Both the position numbers and the translations under genes were made by a program. Below the pieces are notes generated by a model. It had not been told where the DNA came from and ran no database searches. It saw nothing but the letters and a program-made list of their open reading frames with translations. Below are positions 12,715 to 27,190 of a stretch of DNA of 64,000 nucleotides, one piece after another. The stretch covers positions 37,820,001 through 37,884,000 of the forward strand of contig NC_043014.1 in NCBI RefSeq assembly GCF_006345805.1, in the 5' to 3' direction. The DNA comes from Octopus sinensis (lineage: Eukaryota). Numbering within the stretch: the stretch's first letter is position 1; the number at the start of each line of letters is the position of its first letter.

Positions 12715-13135
12715 TTAAAACTCACTCTGTTTTCTGCCATTGTTCTGGTCTCATTCCAGCTTCTCCACCCTTCTCATCTCCTTTCCTTGTCAATGGTCTT
12801 TCACTATGTGGTTTTAGGGCACCGTGCTGTCCATTTACTCTCAGGCTACCACTTTAGAACCACCATACAATTGCTTTCTCAATCTCGTCTTAGGATGTGT
12901 CCAATCTAGTTCCAGCGTCTGCATCTTATTTCGTCACTGATCCTGTTGATGCCTGTTGTTGTATCAATTGTGTCATTTCAAACTCTTTGCACCCACTTGA
13001 TGTCGAGTATTCTCCTTAAGCATGTAAATTGGGAGCTACCAATAGTTTTTTTCTTCCATTTTGGTCACTTTCCACTTTTCACATCCATAGACTAATACTG
13101 GAATAATGCACAGAGATTCTCAGTGGTTTATGGTG
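12715..13135 (-). mobile_element. Degenerate RTE LINE 3' fragment
   Basis: IPVLVYGCEKW...CLRRILDIKW...RRWNxIGHILRR...PKTT, with stops and frameshifts. Confidence 0.8.
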
Positions 13136-13372
13136 GTTGTTGCATTGGGTGTGCTGTCACACCCAATGCCACCAAATTTCAAGCAGGTGTATAACAAATG
13201 TGGTGCAGGAGTGGCTGTGTGGTAAGTAGCTTGCTTACCAACCACATGGTTCCAGGTTCATTCCCACTGCATGGCACCTTGGGTGAGTGTCTTCTACTAT
13301 AGCCTCGGGCTGACCAAAGCCTTGTGAGTAGATTTGGTAGACGGAAATTGAAAGAAGCCTGTCGTATATATG

Positions 13373-13449
<77 letters not shown>

Positions 13450-14017
13450 GTATGTGTGTGTATGTTTGTGTGTGCTCCCAACATCGCTTGACAACTGTTT
13501 ACATCCCCGTAACTTAGCAGTTCGGCAAAAAAGACCGATAAAATAAGTACTAGGCTTACAAAGAATAAGTCCTGAGGTCGATTTGCTCGACTAAAGGTGG
13601 TGCTCCAGCATGACTACAGTCAAATGACTGAAACAAGTAAAAGAGAGTATTAAGATTTGTTATTAAATCAAGTTTGCCATTATTGATGGGTGTACAGTGC
13701 ACACCTAACACACCCAGAATATACGCCCCTGATGTTTACTTTGTCTGAATATTTACCAATATATTAATGATTACATAAGCTTTTTTTCTGTGTATGTATT
13801 ACAAAGTCTACCAAAGTATGTGTCAATATTTATTTATGTCATTGTATGCTTGTGTGTACAATTTTAACTGTGACTGGTTACGTATTTTCATAACTTGTAA
13901 AAAAATTCCTTCCAGTGTACTTCTGTACTATGGTCTCGGAGTTTATATCTGTGTAAATGGGTGAGTGTGTGTTTGTGTGCATGTATGAGTATTTGTGTGT
14001 GAGTCTCTCTCTCACTC

Positions 14018-14052
<35 letters not shown>

Positions 14053-14641
14053 TTACGGGGGGGGGGATATAAACACACCACCATCAGTTGTCAAGCGATG
14101 TTGGGGGACAAACACAGACACACAAACATATACACATACTTGCTATTTACAAGTAAAAGAATAAAAGAATACCAGATTTTTATTACGAACGATCTTCTCT
14201 TAGACCAGCTGATCTCACCCCAGCTACTGAGTTCGAGTCTAACCCATCACTCAGTAGATTCCCAGTGCAGTCATTTATCATTTCAAGTATTTCTATGTCT
14301 ACACTCCCTATTGTGAGATAACCGTTGACCCTTCTATCTTGGGAACATCTAAACATTGACATACATTTAAAAAAACAAAATTCTTCCTGTTAGATTTCCA
14401 AGTCTCCGCCTCACTAGCTTAGCCCATGTTTAATCACTTATAATCTGACTATGCAACAGGTTGTATTGTTTTACACATTACCAGTGGTACTTAGGAGTGA
14501 CTTGATACACACACACTCAAACACATTTATATCTCTATATGCATACATGTATATACATACGGCTACAAATGTCTTTCATCATCATCATCATCATCATCAT
14601 CTTCATCACCATCACCCTCATCAGCATGATGATGATGATGT

Positions 14642-14677
<36 letters not shown>

Positions 14678-14837
14678 AATAATAATTTCGGCCTACGTGA
14701 ATTGTTTTTGAGTGTACATTGTCTGGGAGACTCTTCTTATAGTAGAAGAAATAGCTAAATTTTTTGGCTGCTATTTCTAAAAGTTCGCTATGTAGTAAAG
14801 CAAATTTTTTTACTGAACCCTAATTATATAAAGTAAT

Positions 14838-14875
<38 letters not shown>

Positions 14876-15770
14876 TAGAAATAGAAAAACCCACAACTTC
14901 ATCAACTCTAAACAATATTAACTCAACCAAGCCATAAAATATTAAATAATATACTTAGCATTTATATTCATAATCCCCAAATTTTCCATATTATGTACTA
15001 CAAGTGTTTCATGAGGTATTGTTGAGTATGGCATTGTTAAGACACAAAGTCTCATTCAAAAACTCATTATGTTTACACACTCCCAATCATCAGGTCTACT
15101 TTCACCACATTTATAAATATAGCTACTCCTTATATATTGCTATGTTTGTCAAATTTAGTTACAAATATATAAGTATAAATAAATAAATAAATAACTTCAT
15201 GAACCTTATAAATTTAAGACATAAAATTTAAGGAATAAAAACAGATATGAAATGCGACTAAAAAATACGAATGAAAAAATACAAATGAGAAAAATGAAAA
15301 AATACGAATGAAAAAATACGCACATATACACACACTGTGCATGTGTGTGTGTGTGCGAGTGCATGTGTATGTGTGTGTGTGTGAGTGTGTGATATTCTAT
15401 TAGTCTGCAAAGCATTTCAGTCATCAGGTTTCATCTGAGATGTTCTCACAAGAGGCCACAACCAGGTAGTTGTGACATTTTCAAAACTGTCAGAATCAAG
15501 ATGGCAGTGGAATTCTATTTTAAGTAGCCATATAACTTATTTTACTTTTTGGAATTTTCAGAAAATGTTTGTGAATTTGGGTTCTACACATGGGAATTAG
15601 GGTTATATAATCATGCAAAAACCCCAAAAAATTTTCAATTTTTGGTGCGTGATTTTAGCTGTTATTTCTCATACCCTTCTCATTTGTTTGTCAGTCTGAT
15701 GTATTGATCGGTCTATTGTTGGGATTTGAGCCAAAAATTAAGACTATCTGTATTTTAAACTGTAATTTAA

Positions 15771-15991
15771 CCCTTTTGATACCAACCTGCCTGAAACTGC
15801 CTCTGGCTCTGTAGTACAAATGTCTTCTTTTCATAAGTTTTGAACTAAAATCTTCCACCAAGCCTTAGTCACAATTTATGTTCCTAACACTAGCTTAATG
15901 ATAACTAAATTATTTTGCTAAATTCTTTGTTATATTTAGAATAATTGTAAAATATACAGAGCACCTCAAAATAAATACGGTAACAAAAGGG
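15771..15991. mobile_element. piggyBac-type MITE
   Basis: TTAA|cccttttgatacc...ggtaacaaaaggg|TTAA. Confidence 0.8.
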
Positions 15992-17066
15992 TTAAGAAAA
16001 GGTGCTGTGCTGTGGGACAGAACTCAGAACCATGTGGTTGAAAAGAAAACTTCTTATCACACAGCCATGGCTGTGTCTATATGCAGGAAAAAAAAATTGA
16101 TTTGCAGATTAAATATAAATGTTAGCAATTCAATGGCTGTTCCTCTAAACAACTATTATCTACTAAACTTCGCTTTAGTCAATAGAATAAGCGGCTAGGA
16201 TAAAAGCTTGCTACAGCTTGATACGTAAATTCTATTTAATATTCATACATCTTTCTAGGCTTAATTTTCTAATGGTAATATATAAGTAGATTACATGTAT
16301 AAGTTAACTATGCTTATTATTGCATTCAAATTTGGCCGATTCAATTGTCATGGCCGATAACAGTACCAACTGATTAGTACCTGAGCAACTGGAATGTTAA
16401 AAGCACCATTCGAGCATGATCATTGCCAGGGCTGCTGACTGGCTGCTGACTGGCTCCCATGCCAATGGAACATAAAAAGCACCATTCGTGTGTGATCATT
16501 GTCTTACAGGCTCCTGTGCTGGTGGCATGTAAAAGCACCATTCAAGCATGGTCATTGCTAGTGCTTCTGGACTGGCTCTTGTGCAGGCGGCATGTAAAAA
16601 GCACCATTTGAGTATGGCCGATGCCAGTACTGCCTGACTGGCCCTCATGCCGGTGGCACATAAAAGCACCCACTACACTTTTGCAGTGGGTGGTGTTAGG
16701 AAGGGCATCCAGCTGTAGAAACTTTGCCAGATCAGATTGAGGCCTAGTGCAGCCTTCTGGCTCACCAGCCCTCAGTCAAACCATCCAACCCATGCCAGCA
16801 CGGAAAGTGGACGTTAGACGACAATGATGATGATGACAGTAACTCTTGAGCCCTTTTATAGTTATTATATTCAAATACCTATCAATTACAAGTAATGTAT
16901 TCATTAAATCCCCATTTATTATGAATAATGCATTCACTTTGAATACATTAATTTGATACCTGTTTTAAATTTGAATGCAATAATAAGCATAGTTAACTTA
17001 TGCATGTAATCTATTTATATATTACCATTAAAAAATTAAGCCTAGCACTTTTTCACACAGCTGTTC

Positions 17067-18280
17067 TCATTCCATTCGCAACACATGACCATACAAGTGC
17101 AGTCGTCTCTCTTGCACACCACATCTGATACTTTTTAAGTCCAACTTTTCTCTCAGGGTGCTTACACTCAGTGTATGCACACTGACATTATACATCCAGC
17201 AGAGCATACTGGCCTCATTCCTTGCAATCTTATGCATGTCCTCAGCAGTCATGGCCCATGTTTCACTGCCATGTAGCATGGCTGTTCGTACACATGCATC
17301 ATACAGTCTACCTTTTACTCTGAGCGAGAGGCCCTTTGTCACCAGCAGAGGTAAGAGCTCACTGAACCTTGCCCAGCCTATTCTTATTCTAGCAGCTACA
17401 CTTTCAGAGCATCCATCCTCGATACTGACCTGGTCACCTAGGTAACGGAAGCTATCAACTACTTGTAGTTTTCCCCCCTGGAATGTGACGGAAGCTGTTC
17501 TCTGCATATTTTCAGTGTTTATTGCACCTGAGCATTTGACACACACAAAAACTATCATTCCAGTTAGCCTTCCTTTGATATTGCTGCACCCCTTATGTGT
17601 CCATTGCTTACACTGGGTACATCTTATGGAGTTTCTACCTATGCCTTTTCTACCTAATTAGTTGGGCTATGAGCCTCTCCATGACTTTCATTACCTGATC
17701 CAACAACTTGATACCTCTGTAATTATTTGTATCTAATGTGTCACCTTTACCTTTGTAGCAGTTGACTATGGCACTGCTACACCAGTCATTGGGTATGACT
17801 CCTTCATGTATCACCTGGTTGACTATATGGGTGACTAGACTATAGCCGACACTGCCAGATCTTTTAAACCTCTCTGCAGTGATTCCTGATGGGCTGGGGG
17901 CTTTTTCTGTGTTCATACCCCTAATTACTATATTACCAAGGTACTGTCAATTCGGATAGCTGGTCCTTCTGTTGGGTCGACATTTGGCAGACTCTCTTTC
18001 TCCCATTCATTCTCTTTATTTAGCAACCTTTGGCGTCTTCAAGTCTCTCTCCTTGCAGCCATCATCCATGTGGACACCTTTATCTCCTATGACATCACGA
18101 TTCTCTTGCAACGCATACACTATCTTGCAACACAAAGCACCTCATGTCTTTGGTCCTCATGACAGAGAACATTGGCAAAGTTTTTCTTATCTGCTTCCCC
18201 TCTGGCTAAATAAACCTGTCTCCTAGCTTCCCTTCTGGCAGTCTGATAGAACTCCCTGCTACCACTGTTCTTCCAGTCCA
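17067..18280 (-). mobile_element. RTE-clade LINE ORF fragment with internal deletion of the RT core
   Basis: KAPSPSGITAE..IPNDW..YKGKGD..NYRGIKLL joins at about 17650 to a Cys-rich insert, then VVDSFRYLG..LHGSETW..LHLYGHVLRM. Confidence 0.9.
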
Positions 18281-18983
18281 TGTGGTAAGAAAAGCTTGCC
18301 TCCCAACCACATGGTTCCAGGTTCAGTCCCACTGTGTGGCAGCCTGGACAAGCATCTTCTACTGTAGCTTCAGGTCAACCAAAGCCTTATAACTGGATCT
18401 GGTAACTGGAAATTGAAGGAAGCCCATTGTATATGTGTGTGTGTATGTGTATACTTTTTACTCTTTACTCTTTTACTTGTTTCAGTCATTTGACTGTGGT
18501 CTTGCTGGAGCACTGCCTTTAGTCGAGTAAATTGACCCCAGGACTTACTCTTTCTAATCCTAGTACTTATTCTATCAGTCTCTTTTGCTGAACCACTAAG
18601 TTACGGGGATGTAAACACACCAGCATCGGTTGTCATGCAATGTTCGGGGGACAAACACAGACACACAAACATATACACACACACATACACATACATATAC
18701 ATATATACAACAGGCTTCTTTCAGTTTCCATCTACCAAATCCACTCACAAGGCTTTGGTCGGCCCGAGGCTATAGTAGAAGACACTTGCCCAAGATGCCA
18801 CACTGTGGTCCATAAGTAAGCTGCTTACCACACAGCCACTCCTTTTTTTTCTGTAGTTCCAGCTTAGAGTTGCGGCCATGATGATGCACAACCATTGAAA
18901 ATTATATATATACATATATTTATATATAATATATAATATATATATATATATATATAATATATATATATATACATATATTATAT

Positions 18984-19029
<46 letters not shown>

Positions 19030-19064
19030 ATATTATATATATATATTATATATATATATTATAT

Positions 19065-19132
<68 letters not shown>

Positions 19133-19134
19133 TT

Positions 19135-19208
<74 letters not shown>

Positions 19209-19671
19209 TGTGTGTCTGTATGTTTTTGTTTGTATGCCAATACCGCTTGAGAACTGGTGTTGGCATGCTTATATACCTGTAACTTAGTGGTTCAGCATAA
19301 GAGACTGATGGAATAAGTAGCAGGCATAAAAAATATAGAAGTACTGGCGTCGATTCATTTGACTAAAATTCTTCAAAGTAATGCCCCAGCATGGGCACAG
19401 TCTAATGATTGAAACAAGTAAAAGATAGAGAATATGTGTATGTAATTCATTTACTTTTTCTTTTATCTTTTTTTTTTATTTGTTTTAGTCATCTGACTGC
19501 AGCCATGCTGGAGCACCACCTTTTTTAGGTTGAACAAGTTGACCCCAGGAATAATTCTTTGTAAGGCTAGTACTTATTCTATCAGTCTCTTTTGCTAAAC
19601 TGCTAAGTGATGGGGGACGTAAACACGCCAACATTGGTTGTCAAGCGATGGTGGGGGGACAAACAAACACT

Positions 19672-19702
<31 letters not shown>

Positions 19703-21653
19703 TATATATATATATACAACGGGCTTATTTCAGTTTCCGTCTACTAAATCTACTCACAAGGATTTTGGTCGGCCCAAGTCTATAGTAGAAGACACTTGCC
19801 CAAGGTGCCACACAGCGGGGCTGAACCTGGAACCATGTGGTTGGGAAGCAAGCTACTTTCCACACAGCCACTCCTGCACCTATTCATTTATTTTGAATCT
19901 TTGTCTGAGTAGTTACAGATGGGAAATCCCATACATGTTCTCTACATGTCTATACTGATTATGAGGCAAGCTGGCCTCATAATGTTAGCGTGCTGGACAA
20001 AACGCTTCGTTGCATTTCGTCTGTTTTCACATTTTAAGTTCAGGTTCCACTGAGGTCAACTTTGCCTTTCTTCCTATGAGGTCAATAAAATAAGATTGTT
20101 ATAACTGCTACATCACAGGCGTAGGAGTGGCTGTGTGGTAAGTAGCTTGCTAACCAACCACATGGTTCCGGGTTCAGTCCCACTGCGTGGCACCTTGGGC
20201 AAGTGTCTTCTGCTATAGCCCCGGGCCGACCAACGCCTTGTGAGTGGATTTGGTAGACGGAAACTGAAAGAAGCCTGTTGTATATATGTATATATATGTA
20301 TGTGTATGTATATGTTTGTGTGTCTGTGTTTATCCCCACAACATCGCTTGACAACCGATGCTGGTGTGTTTATGTCCCCGTCACTTAGCGGTTTGGCAAA
20401 AAGAGACCGATAGAATAAGTACTGGGCTTACAAAGAATAAGTCCCGGGGTCGATCTGCTCGACTAAAGGCGGTGCTCCAGCATGGCCGCAGTCAAATGAC
20501 TGAAACAAGTAAAAAAAAAAAAAAAAAAATTCATTTCATTTTGAAAATTAACTATCTTGTGTGTTTAGTTTAATGGTCTATCAATGTAAACAGTGAGTTT
20601 CTTTGCCACAGGGGTCTGGAAGACACTCAGCAAGAAATGGAAATAAAACTGAAAGAAGAATATAATAATAATGACATAATAATAACTAGCTGACCCGGTG
20701 CCATCAAAAGTGACAGCTAATCGTTGTATTTTATATATGATTTAGGTGTAAAATACGGCACATAATAATCACAGATACAAACATTCACATACTTCCCTTG
20801 TACATGAACACGCATACACACATATACTCACACGGAGTTGAAATGCTGTTTGATTTTTTTTTTCCAGCATTGAACGTTCATCATTCCATTTCCATTGCAT
20901 GCACGTACACACACACACACACACATACACACACACGCACAAACACACACACACACAAACATTCACATACTTCCCTTTTACATACCCATACATATACTCA
21001 CACAGAGTTGAAATGCTGATATTTTTCAACCTCTTCCTTTGATATTCATCTATCGTCCCTTCTTTTTTCATGTTATGATGGAGAAAAACAGAAGATACAC
21101 GACACTCTTTTTGCCACTTCCTTTCTCTCGTTGCAGTTACTTTCTCTCACTCTCTTTCAGTCAGGGCTATTACTCTCACTACTTCTCCTTCACTGAATTA
21201 CTATTTTCTCTCCTCTCCCTTCACTTATACCCTTTCTCCTACCTCGGTCTTCTCCTACTCTGTGATTTTGGACAAATATATATACTTTGCAGGTAGCATG
21301 TAAAAATACCTTTTGAGCATGGTCGTTGCCAGAACTGCCTTATTGGCCCTCATGCCGGTGGCACGTAAAAAGCAGCCACTACACTCTCGGAGTGGTTGGC
21401 GTTAGGAAGGGCATCCAGCTGTAGAAACTTTGCCAGACCAGATTGAGCTTGGTGCAGCCTCTAACTCACCAGTCCTCAGTCAAACCGTCCAACCCATGCC
21501 AGCATGGAAAGCGGACATTAAACGATGATGATGGTGATGATGATGATGATATAAAAACATTACGCGCATTATTATATTAGGAGATAATGATGATGGTGAT
21601 GATGATAATGATGAAATTGATGATGATGATAAAGAAAGAGTCAATGAACTTAC

Positions 21654-21929
21654 TCAAAGGTATATCCTTGTCAGTATTCTCGACAAGCTTGTATTTTAAG
21701 GGTCGGCACAGAGCTCCAGCAACTGCCATGTTGAGTACCAAACTTGAGAGCATGAGTAAAGTGCCTCTCAGTCCATAATAAGCCAAGAGATTTTCAGTGA
21801 TGTAGTTGACGACAAACACACCAGCTCCATTGCCCGTGGTAGCAAGGCTTACTGCCAAAGCTTGTCTTGAGCTGAAGTACAGTCCGACAACAACGTTTGC
21901 AGTGAAGAAACATAATCCAGTGAAAAGTC
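21654..21929 (-). CDS. SLC16: SLC16/MCT-family transporter exon (TM4-TM6)
   Basis: 276 nt, tttctctttag|GA...TTTGA|gtaagt, phase 1 to 1. Encodes GLFTGLCFFTANVVVGLYFSSRQALAVSLATTGNGAG...YYGLRGTLLMLSSLVLNMAVAGALCRPL, matching the MCT patterns YFxxRRxLA, YGWRG and GALxRP. Confidence 0.93.
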
Positions 21930-22520
21930 CTAAAGAGAAAGTAAGCGGGGAAGAAAAGAAAAAGAAGAACACATATAAATAAATCTACATATACATAGAT
22001 ACATACATAAATACATACATACAGTTTTTTTACCTTGTCTTATATATATATATAATATATATATATATATACTCTTTACTCTTTACTCTTTTACTTGTTT
22101 CAGTCATTTGACTGTGGCCATGCTGGAGCACCGCCTTTAGTCGAGCAAATCAACCCCAGGACTTATTCTTTGGAAGCCTAGTACTTATTACTATCCGTCT
22201 CTATTGCTGAACCGCTAAGTTACGGGGGACTTAAACACACCACCATCGGTTGTCAAGCAATGTTGGGGACACACAGCCATAAATATATAAATACATGTAT
22301 ATAATAAGTTTAGGTGAAAACAGAGTAAAAATAGACATTAAAATATATCTAACAAAATATTTAAATAATCAAGACAGGCAGGAGGCATTATTATATAGAA
22401 TAAAATGAAATACAGATTTTCATACTGTTTTAGAAAAAAAAAAATCATAGAATTACTGAAAGTTTCAGGGACCACAAAGTTTGCTGCAGAATAAGTACCC
22501 CGCCACTGAATATTAATAGC

Positions 22521-22552
<32 letters not shown>

Positions 22553-22557
22553 TAATA

Positions 22558-22604
<47 letters not shown>

Positions 22605-22659
22605 ATTAATGATAATTATAATAATAATAATAAATAATAATAATAATAATAATAATAAT

Positions 22660-25224
22660 GACCCCAAAAAGTTCTACCAAGAACTGGGCAAAAATAAAAT
22701 AGAAGTCACTGCAGCACCAACAGCAGAAGAATTGGAAGAATTCTAGAAAGAAATATGGTCGGCGAACGAACAGCCCAAAAAAGGAGTATGAAAATAACAA
22801 ACTCGGCATCTGAACAACTTTGGACCCCCATAACAACTGAAGAGGTCACCCAGGCACTGCAAAAACTAAGCAACTGGAAGGAACCTGGGCATGACAAGAT
22901 CCCCAACTTCTGGTTGAAATATCTAACAGGAATGCACAAAAAGCTGGCTGAAAACTTTAACAGCATACTAGCAGAGCCAGAGACAATGCCTGAATGGCTC
23001 ACGAAGGGGAAAACCATCTTAATTCCCAAATCAAATGAAACAACAAAACCAAAAACTACAGACCAATAACCTGCCTCCCTACTATGTTCAAGGCATTTAC
23101 TGCAGTGATATCGCAAAGGCTGAACAAGCACCTGGACGAAAACAAACTGTTCCCAGAAGAGCAGAAAGGATGCCGCAAGGCTCATATGGCTGTAAAGATC
23201 AACTAATGATTAATAAAGCCGTAACTGAAGACAGCCACAGAAAGAAGAAAGGCCTCAGTATGGCCTGGATTGACTACAAAAAGGCGTTTGATAGCATCCC
23301 CCACACATGGATCCTCGAAACACTAGCCATTAACAAAGTAGCACCAACAATCATAAATTCATAGAGCACTCTATGAATAAATGGCAAACAGTCCTACACC
23401 TCCAAACAAAAGATGGACTCATGAAAACCAAAGACATCCCCATTAGAAGAGGAATATTCCAGGGAGACACACGCTCTCTCCACTCCTTTTCTGCTTGGCA
23501 CTGTCACCTCTATCTGATATGCTAAATAGAACTGGATGCGGATATAAATGTTACGGCAAAACGATCAGCCACCTTTTATATATGGATGACCTAAAACTAT
23601 ACGCTGCAAATGACAAACAGCTGGAACACTATTAAAGACATTTCATGGATTTACCAAAGAAATAGATATGAAATTTGGATTAGAAAAATGCGCCAAAGTA
23701 ACCATGAAAGGGAAAACTAGTTAAAGAGTACCACTCACACTAGATAAAACCAATGAAATAAAAGAATTAGACCAAAGCCAACTTACAAATACTTAGGAAT
23801 CCATGAACTAGATAAGACACAACACACACAAATGAAAGAGAAAATAAAAAAGAATATTATAGATGAGTTAGATCAATACTAAAACAGAGCTCAATGCTAA
23901 AAACAAGATAATAGGTATCAACACTTTAGCTGTCCCAGTTATAAGTTACAGCTACAATATCCTTAACTGGACACGAAATGAACTGTCCAAAATAGATAGG
24001 AAAAAAACAAGAAAAATACTGACAGGATCTAGGATGCATCACCCAAAATCTGACATAGAAAGACTATATATACAACGTATAGAAGGTGGTAAAGCCTTAT
24101 ACAGCTGGAAAACTACTATAAATAACCACCATAGGACTGCAAAAATACCTACTTCAGAAGGAAGGAAAACTGATCCAGATAGCAGCAAAACACGAGCAAA
24201 ACAAAAACTGTTCTCAGTATTTAAGGAAGCTGACAAATACAAACAAGAAATCATACCACCTAATAAACACAAAGAAGAAGAAGAAGATGATGAAGAACAA
24301 CAAAAGCTATAAAACAAATGAAATCCAAACTAAAAATAGAACAGCAACGAACCATGATAAAACGATGGCAAGTAAAGCCCCTTCATGGTAAATACTGCAC
24401 TAAACTAAACGCAAAAGAAATAGACAAAGAAAAATCCCAGCAATGGTTGAGAAGCTCAGGACTCAAAGCAGAAACAGAGGGATTTTTTATTGCAGTACAA
24501 GACCAAAGCCTCCCCACCAGAAATTACCAAAAACATGTAATGAAAGAAATATTACAAGTAACTGCAGAATATGTGGAGATGGACAAGAAACAATAAATCA
24601 TATTATCTCTAGCTGCCCAGTCCTGGCTAAGAAGGAATATATTCACAGACATGACAAGTTTGGAACCTACATACATTGGAAGCTATGCCAACATTATGGA
24701 ATAACAACAGAAAAAAGATGGTATAGGCACACACCAGAAAAGGTCACAGAAAACGAGAAGAGCAACCATACTCTGGGATATGCCGATACACACAGATAGA
24801 GAAATTAAGGCCAACAGACCAGATATAGTTGTCAGAGATCATGAAGAAAAAAAATGCTTTCTAATTGATGTATCAATACCGGCAGATGACAACGTGTCTC
24901 TAAAAGAAATGGAGAAACTCTCAAAATACAAGACCTGGAAATAGAGGTAACTAGAATGTGGAACCTGAAAACAGAAACAATTCCTATCATAGTAGGTGCA
25001 TTAGGCATGATAAAAAAATATTCAGACAAATACATAACAAAAACACCAGGACTTACAAACACATATAACATACAGAAAGCACTAGTAGGCACTGCACACA
25101 TCCTACGCAGAACACTTTCCATACAATAACCATCAGAGCATCACAACAAATCACAGCACATACCCAAGGCACACAGAGCTGCGCTCGGTAGTGAAGTGAA
25201 AGCACGCTATAAAAATAAAACTAC
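22660..25224 (+). mobile_element. R4/Dong-clade non-LTR retrotransposon (RT plus restriction-like endonuclease), 5'-truncated and frameshifted
   Basis: Frame fragments MAWIDYKKAFDS, RGIFQGD, YMDDLKLYA, the CCHC knuckle CRICG..HIISSC, RHD and the RLE motif RPDIVV..LIDVSIP. (AAT)n arrays on both sides. Confidence 0.92.
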
Positions 25225-25338
25225 TAATAATAATGATAATAATGATAATAATAATAATATAATGATGAGATGATGATGATGATGATGATAATAATAATAA
25301 TAAATAATAATAATAATATAATAATAATTAATAATAAT

Positions 25339-25888
25339 GCCCTGATGCAGTGCCAGGCAGTGGCTCTCATGGCTTCTGATCTTAACTGATTGGAAGTGTT
25401 ATCATGTACATTGTTTTGTCTTGGTATAAAAGATGGGCTACAGCAATATTCTGCTCAATACCACAGATTTGCTTGTCAGTTGTTGACCTTAACCAGTTGA
25501 GCATGTCCCTTATAGGCTGACGATATGTGCATCTCTGATCACGAGCAGAAGTAGTGGGGGAGCATCATAGCCATGTGTTGAGATGGATTCTTTGGAGTTT
25601 GAATAATTTACCTCTGGAGATGTGTGTCTTGTTCAACATCCTAAAGCAACCCTTATTCAGGGACCTTTTGAGCAGGATGAGCTACTTGACCTGAAGAAAA
25701 TTCTAAATGGGCCCCACCTGCAAGGTCATGTGCTGTTTATCTTGATATGAGATCACCATGTCGCGCACATATGGTTGTGATGCATGTGCCTGGTGTACCC
25801 TTATCAGACGGGTAGTCATGATGGGTATGCTGGGCTTCGTATATTTTACCCCAGTGTCACTTTGATGGCATGCACTGCTCTCTCACTC
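25339..25888 (+). mobile_element. 550-bp non-coding element embedded in (TAA)n
   Basis: Bounded by (aat)n on both sides; close homologue in reverse orientation at 62206-62757. Confidence 0.85.
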
Positions 25889-25898
25889 AATAATAATA

Positions 25899-25946
<48 letters not shown>

Positions 25947-25975
25947 TAATGCTGATGATGGTGATGATGATGATG

Positions 25976-26020
<45 letters not shown>

Positions 26021-26347
26021 TTGATATAATAGTAATAATAATTATAATAAAAGCCAACAGTAACAATAATTAGGTGCAGGTAATGGAAAAGAAAGTCAGT
26101 GATGAAATCTAAATTGCTTTGCAAATTTTATAAAATATTTTTCAAGTTTAGGATTGGTTAAAAAACTTGCATGTATACATATAAATATATATACATATAC
26201 ATATGTATACATATATATACACACACACACATATATATATATATACATATACACATATACATATAAATATATATATATATAAATACATATATATACATGT
26301 GTACATACATACATACATGCATATATATACATATATATATATAAGTG

Positions 26348-26682
26348 CGAAGGCGCATGGCTCACTGATTAGAGCGTCGAGCTTATGATTGTGAGGTTGT
26401 CAGTTCAATTCCCGGACCGGGCTGCTTGTTGTGTTCTTGAGCAAGACACTTTATTTAATGTTGCTCCAGTTCACTCAGCTGTAGAAATGAGTTGCGACAT
26501 CACTGGTGCCAAGCTGTATTAGCTTTTGCCTTTCCCTTGGATAACATCAGTGGTGTGGAGAGGGGCGGCTGGTATGCATGGGCGACTGCTGGCCTTCCAG
26601 AAACAACCTTGCCTAGACTTGTGCCTCGGAAGGTAACTTTCTAGCTGAAATCCCATAGTCATTCATGACTGAAGAGGGTCTC
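26348..26682 (+). mobile_element. tRNA-derived SINE sharing a central core with the 44.6-kb SINE (related copy at 54425-54687, minus)
   Basis: tRNA-like head followed by gtgttcttgagcaagacactttattt..gttgctccagttcactcagctg. Confidence 0.8.
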
Positions 26683-27089
26683 CATATATATATATAATAT
26701 ATATACCACATCGATTTCTTCGTCTGCCGTAAGGCATCCTTTTCCAAATACGCCAGCTAAGCTAAGTTGAACTGTCTAAAGTCGTAAGACACCCATGCTT
26801 TTGTCCTGTTATTACTATTATTGTTTTTTGTATTTATATTCGTGTAGCATTGTCCATTTTTCTGTCCTTGTTTCGTATACATTCGATCCTTTTTCCAAGA
26901 AATCTAATGCTCGTAGCTTAGTTTTTCCTTGGGGCTGGCCGGATTGGAGCAATCTCAAGATTAATCAGCCGAAATTGCAAGGATGATCCGGTTCTTGACT
27001 GAAGATTAGAGGCTTCGAATGACCCGTCTGTTTTTTGTGTCGTCTATTTGAGTGTTTTGCGTTCTTGTCCCATTTTGTATTTTTATATA

Positions 27090-27190
<101 letters not shown>

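Noticed and set aside
15410-15445. CUGAUGA matches at about 15421, 32135, 58673 and 59192
   Set aside because: No stem II/GAAA/stem I geometry; chance or truncated hits.
26985-27030. Hammerhead-like remnants at about 3176, 3978, 26730, 27000 and 57500
   Set aside because: Core or stems too degraded to call; counted only as Penelope-like debris.
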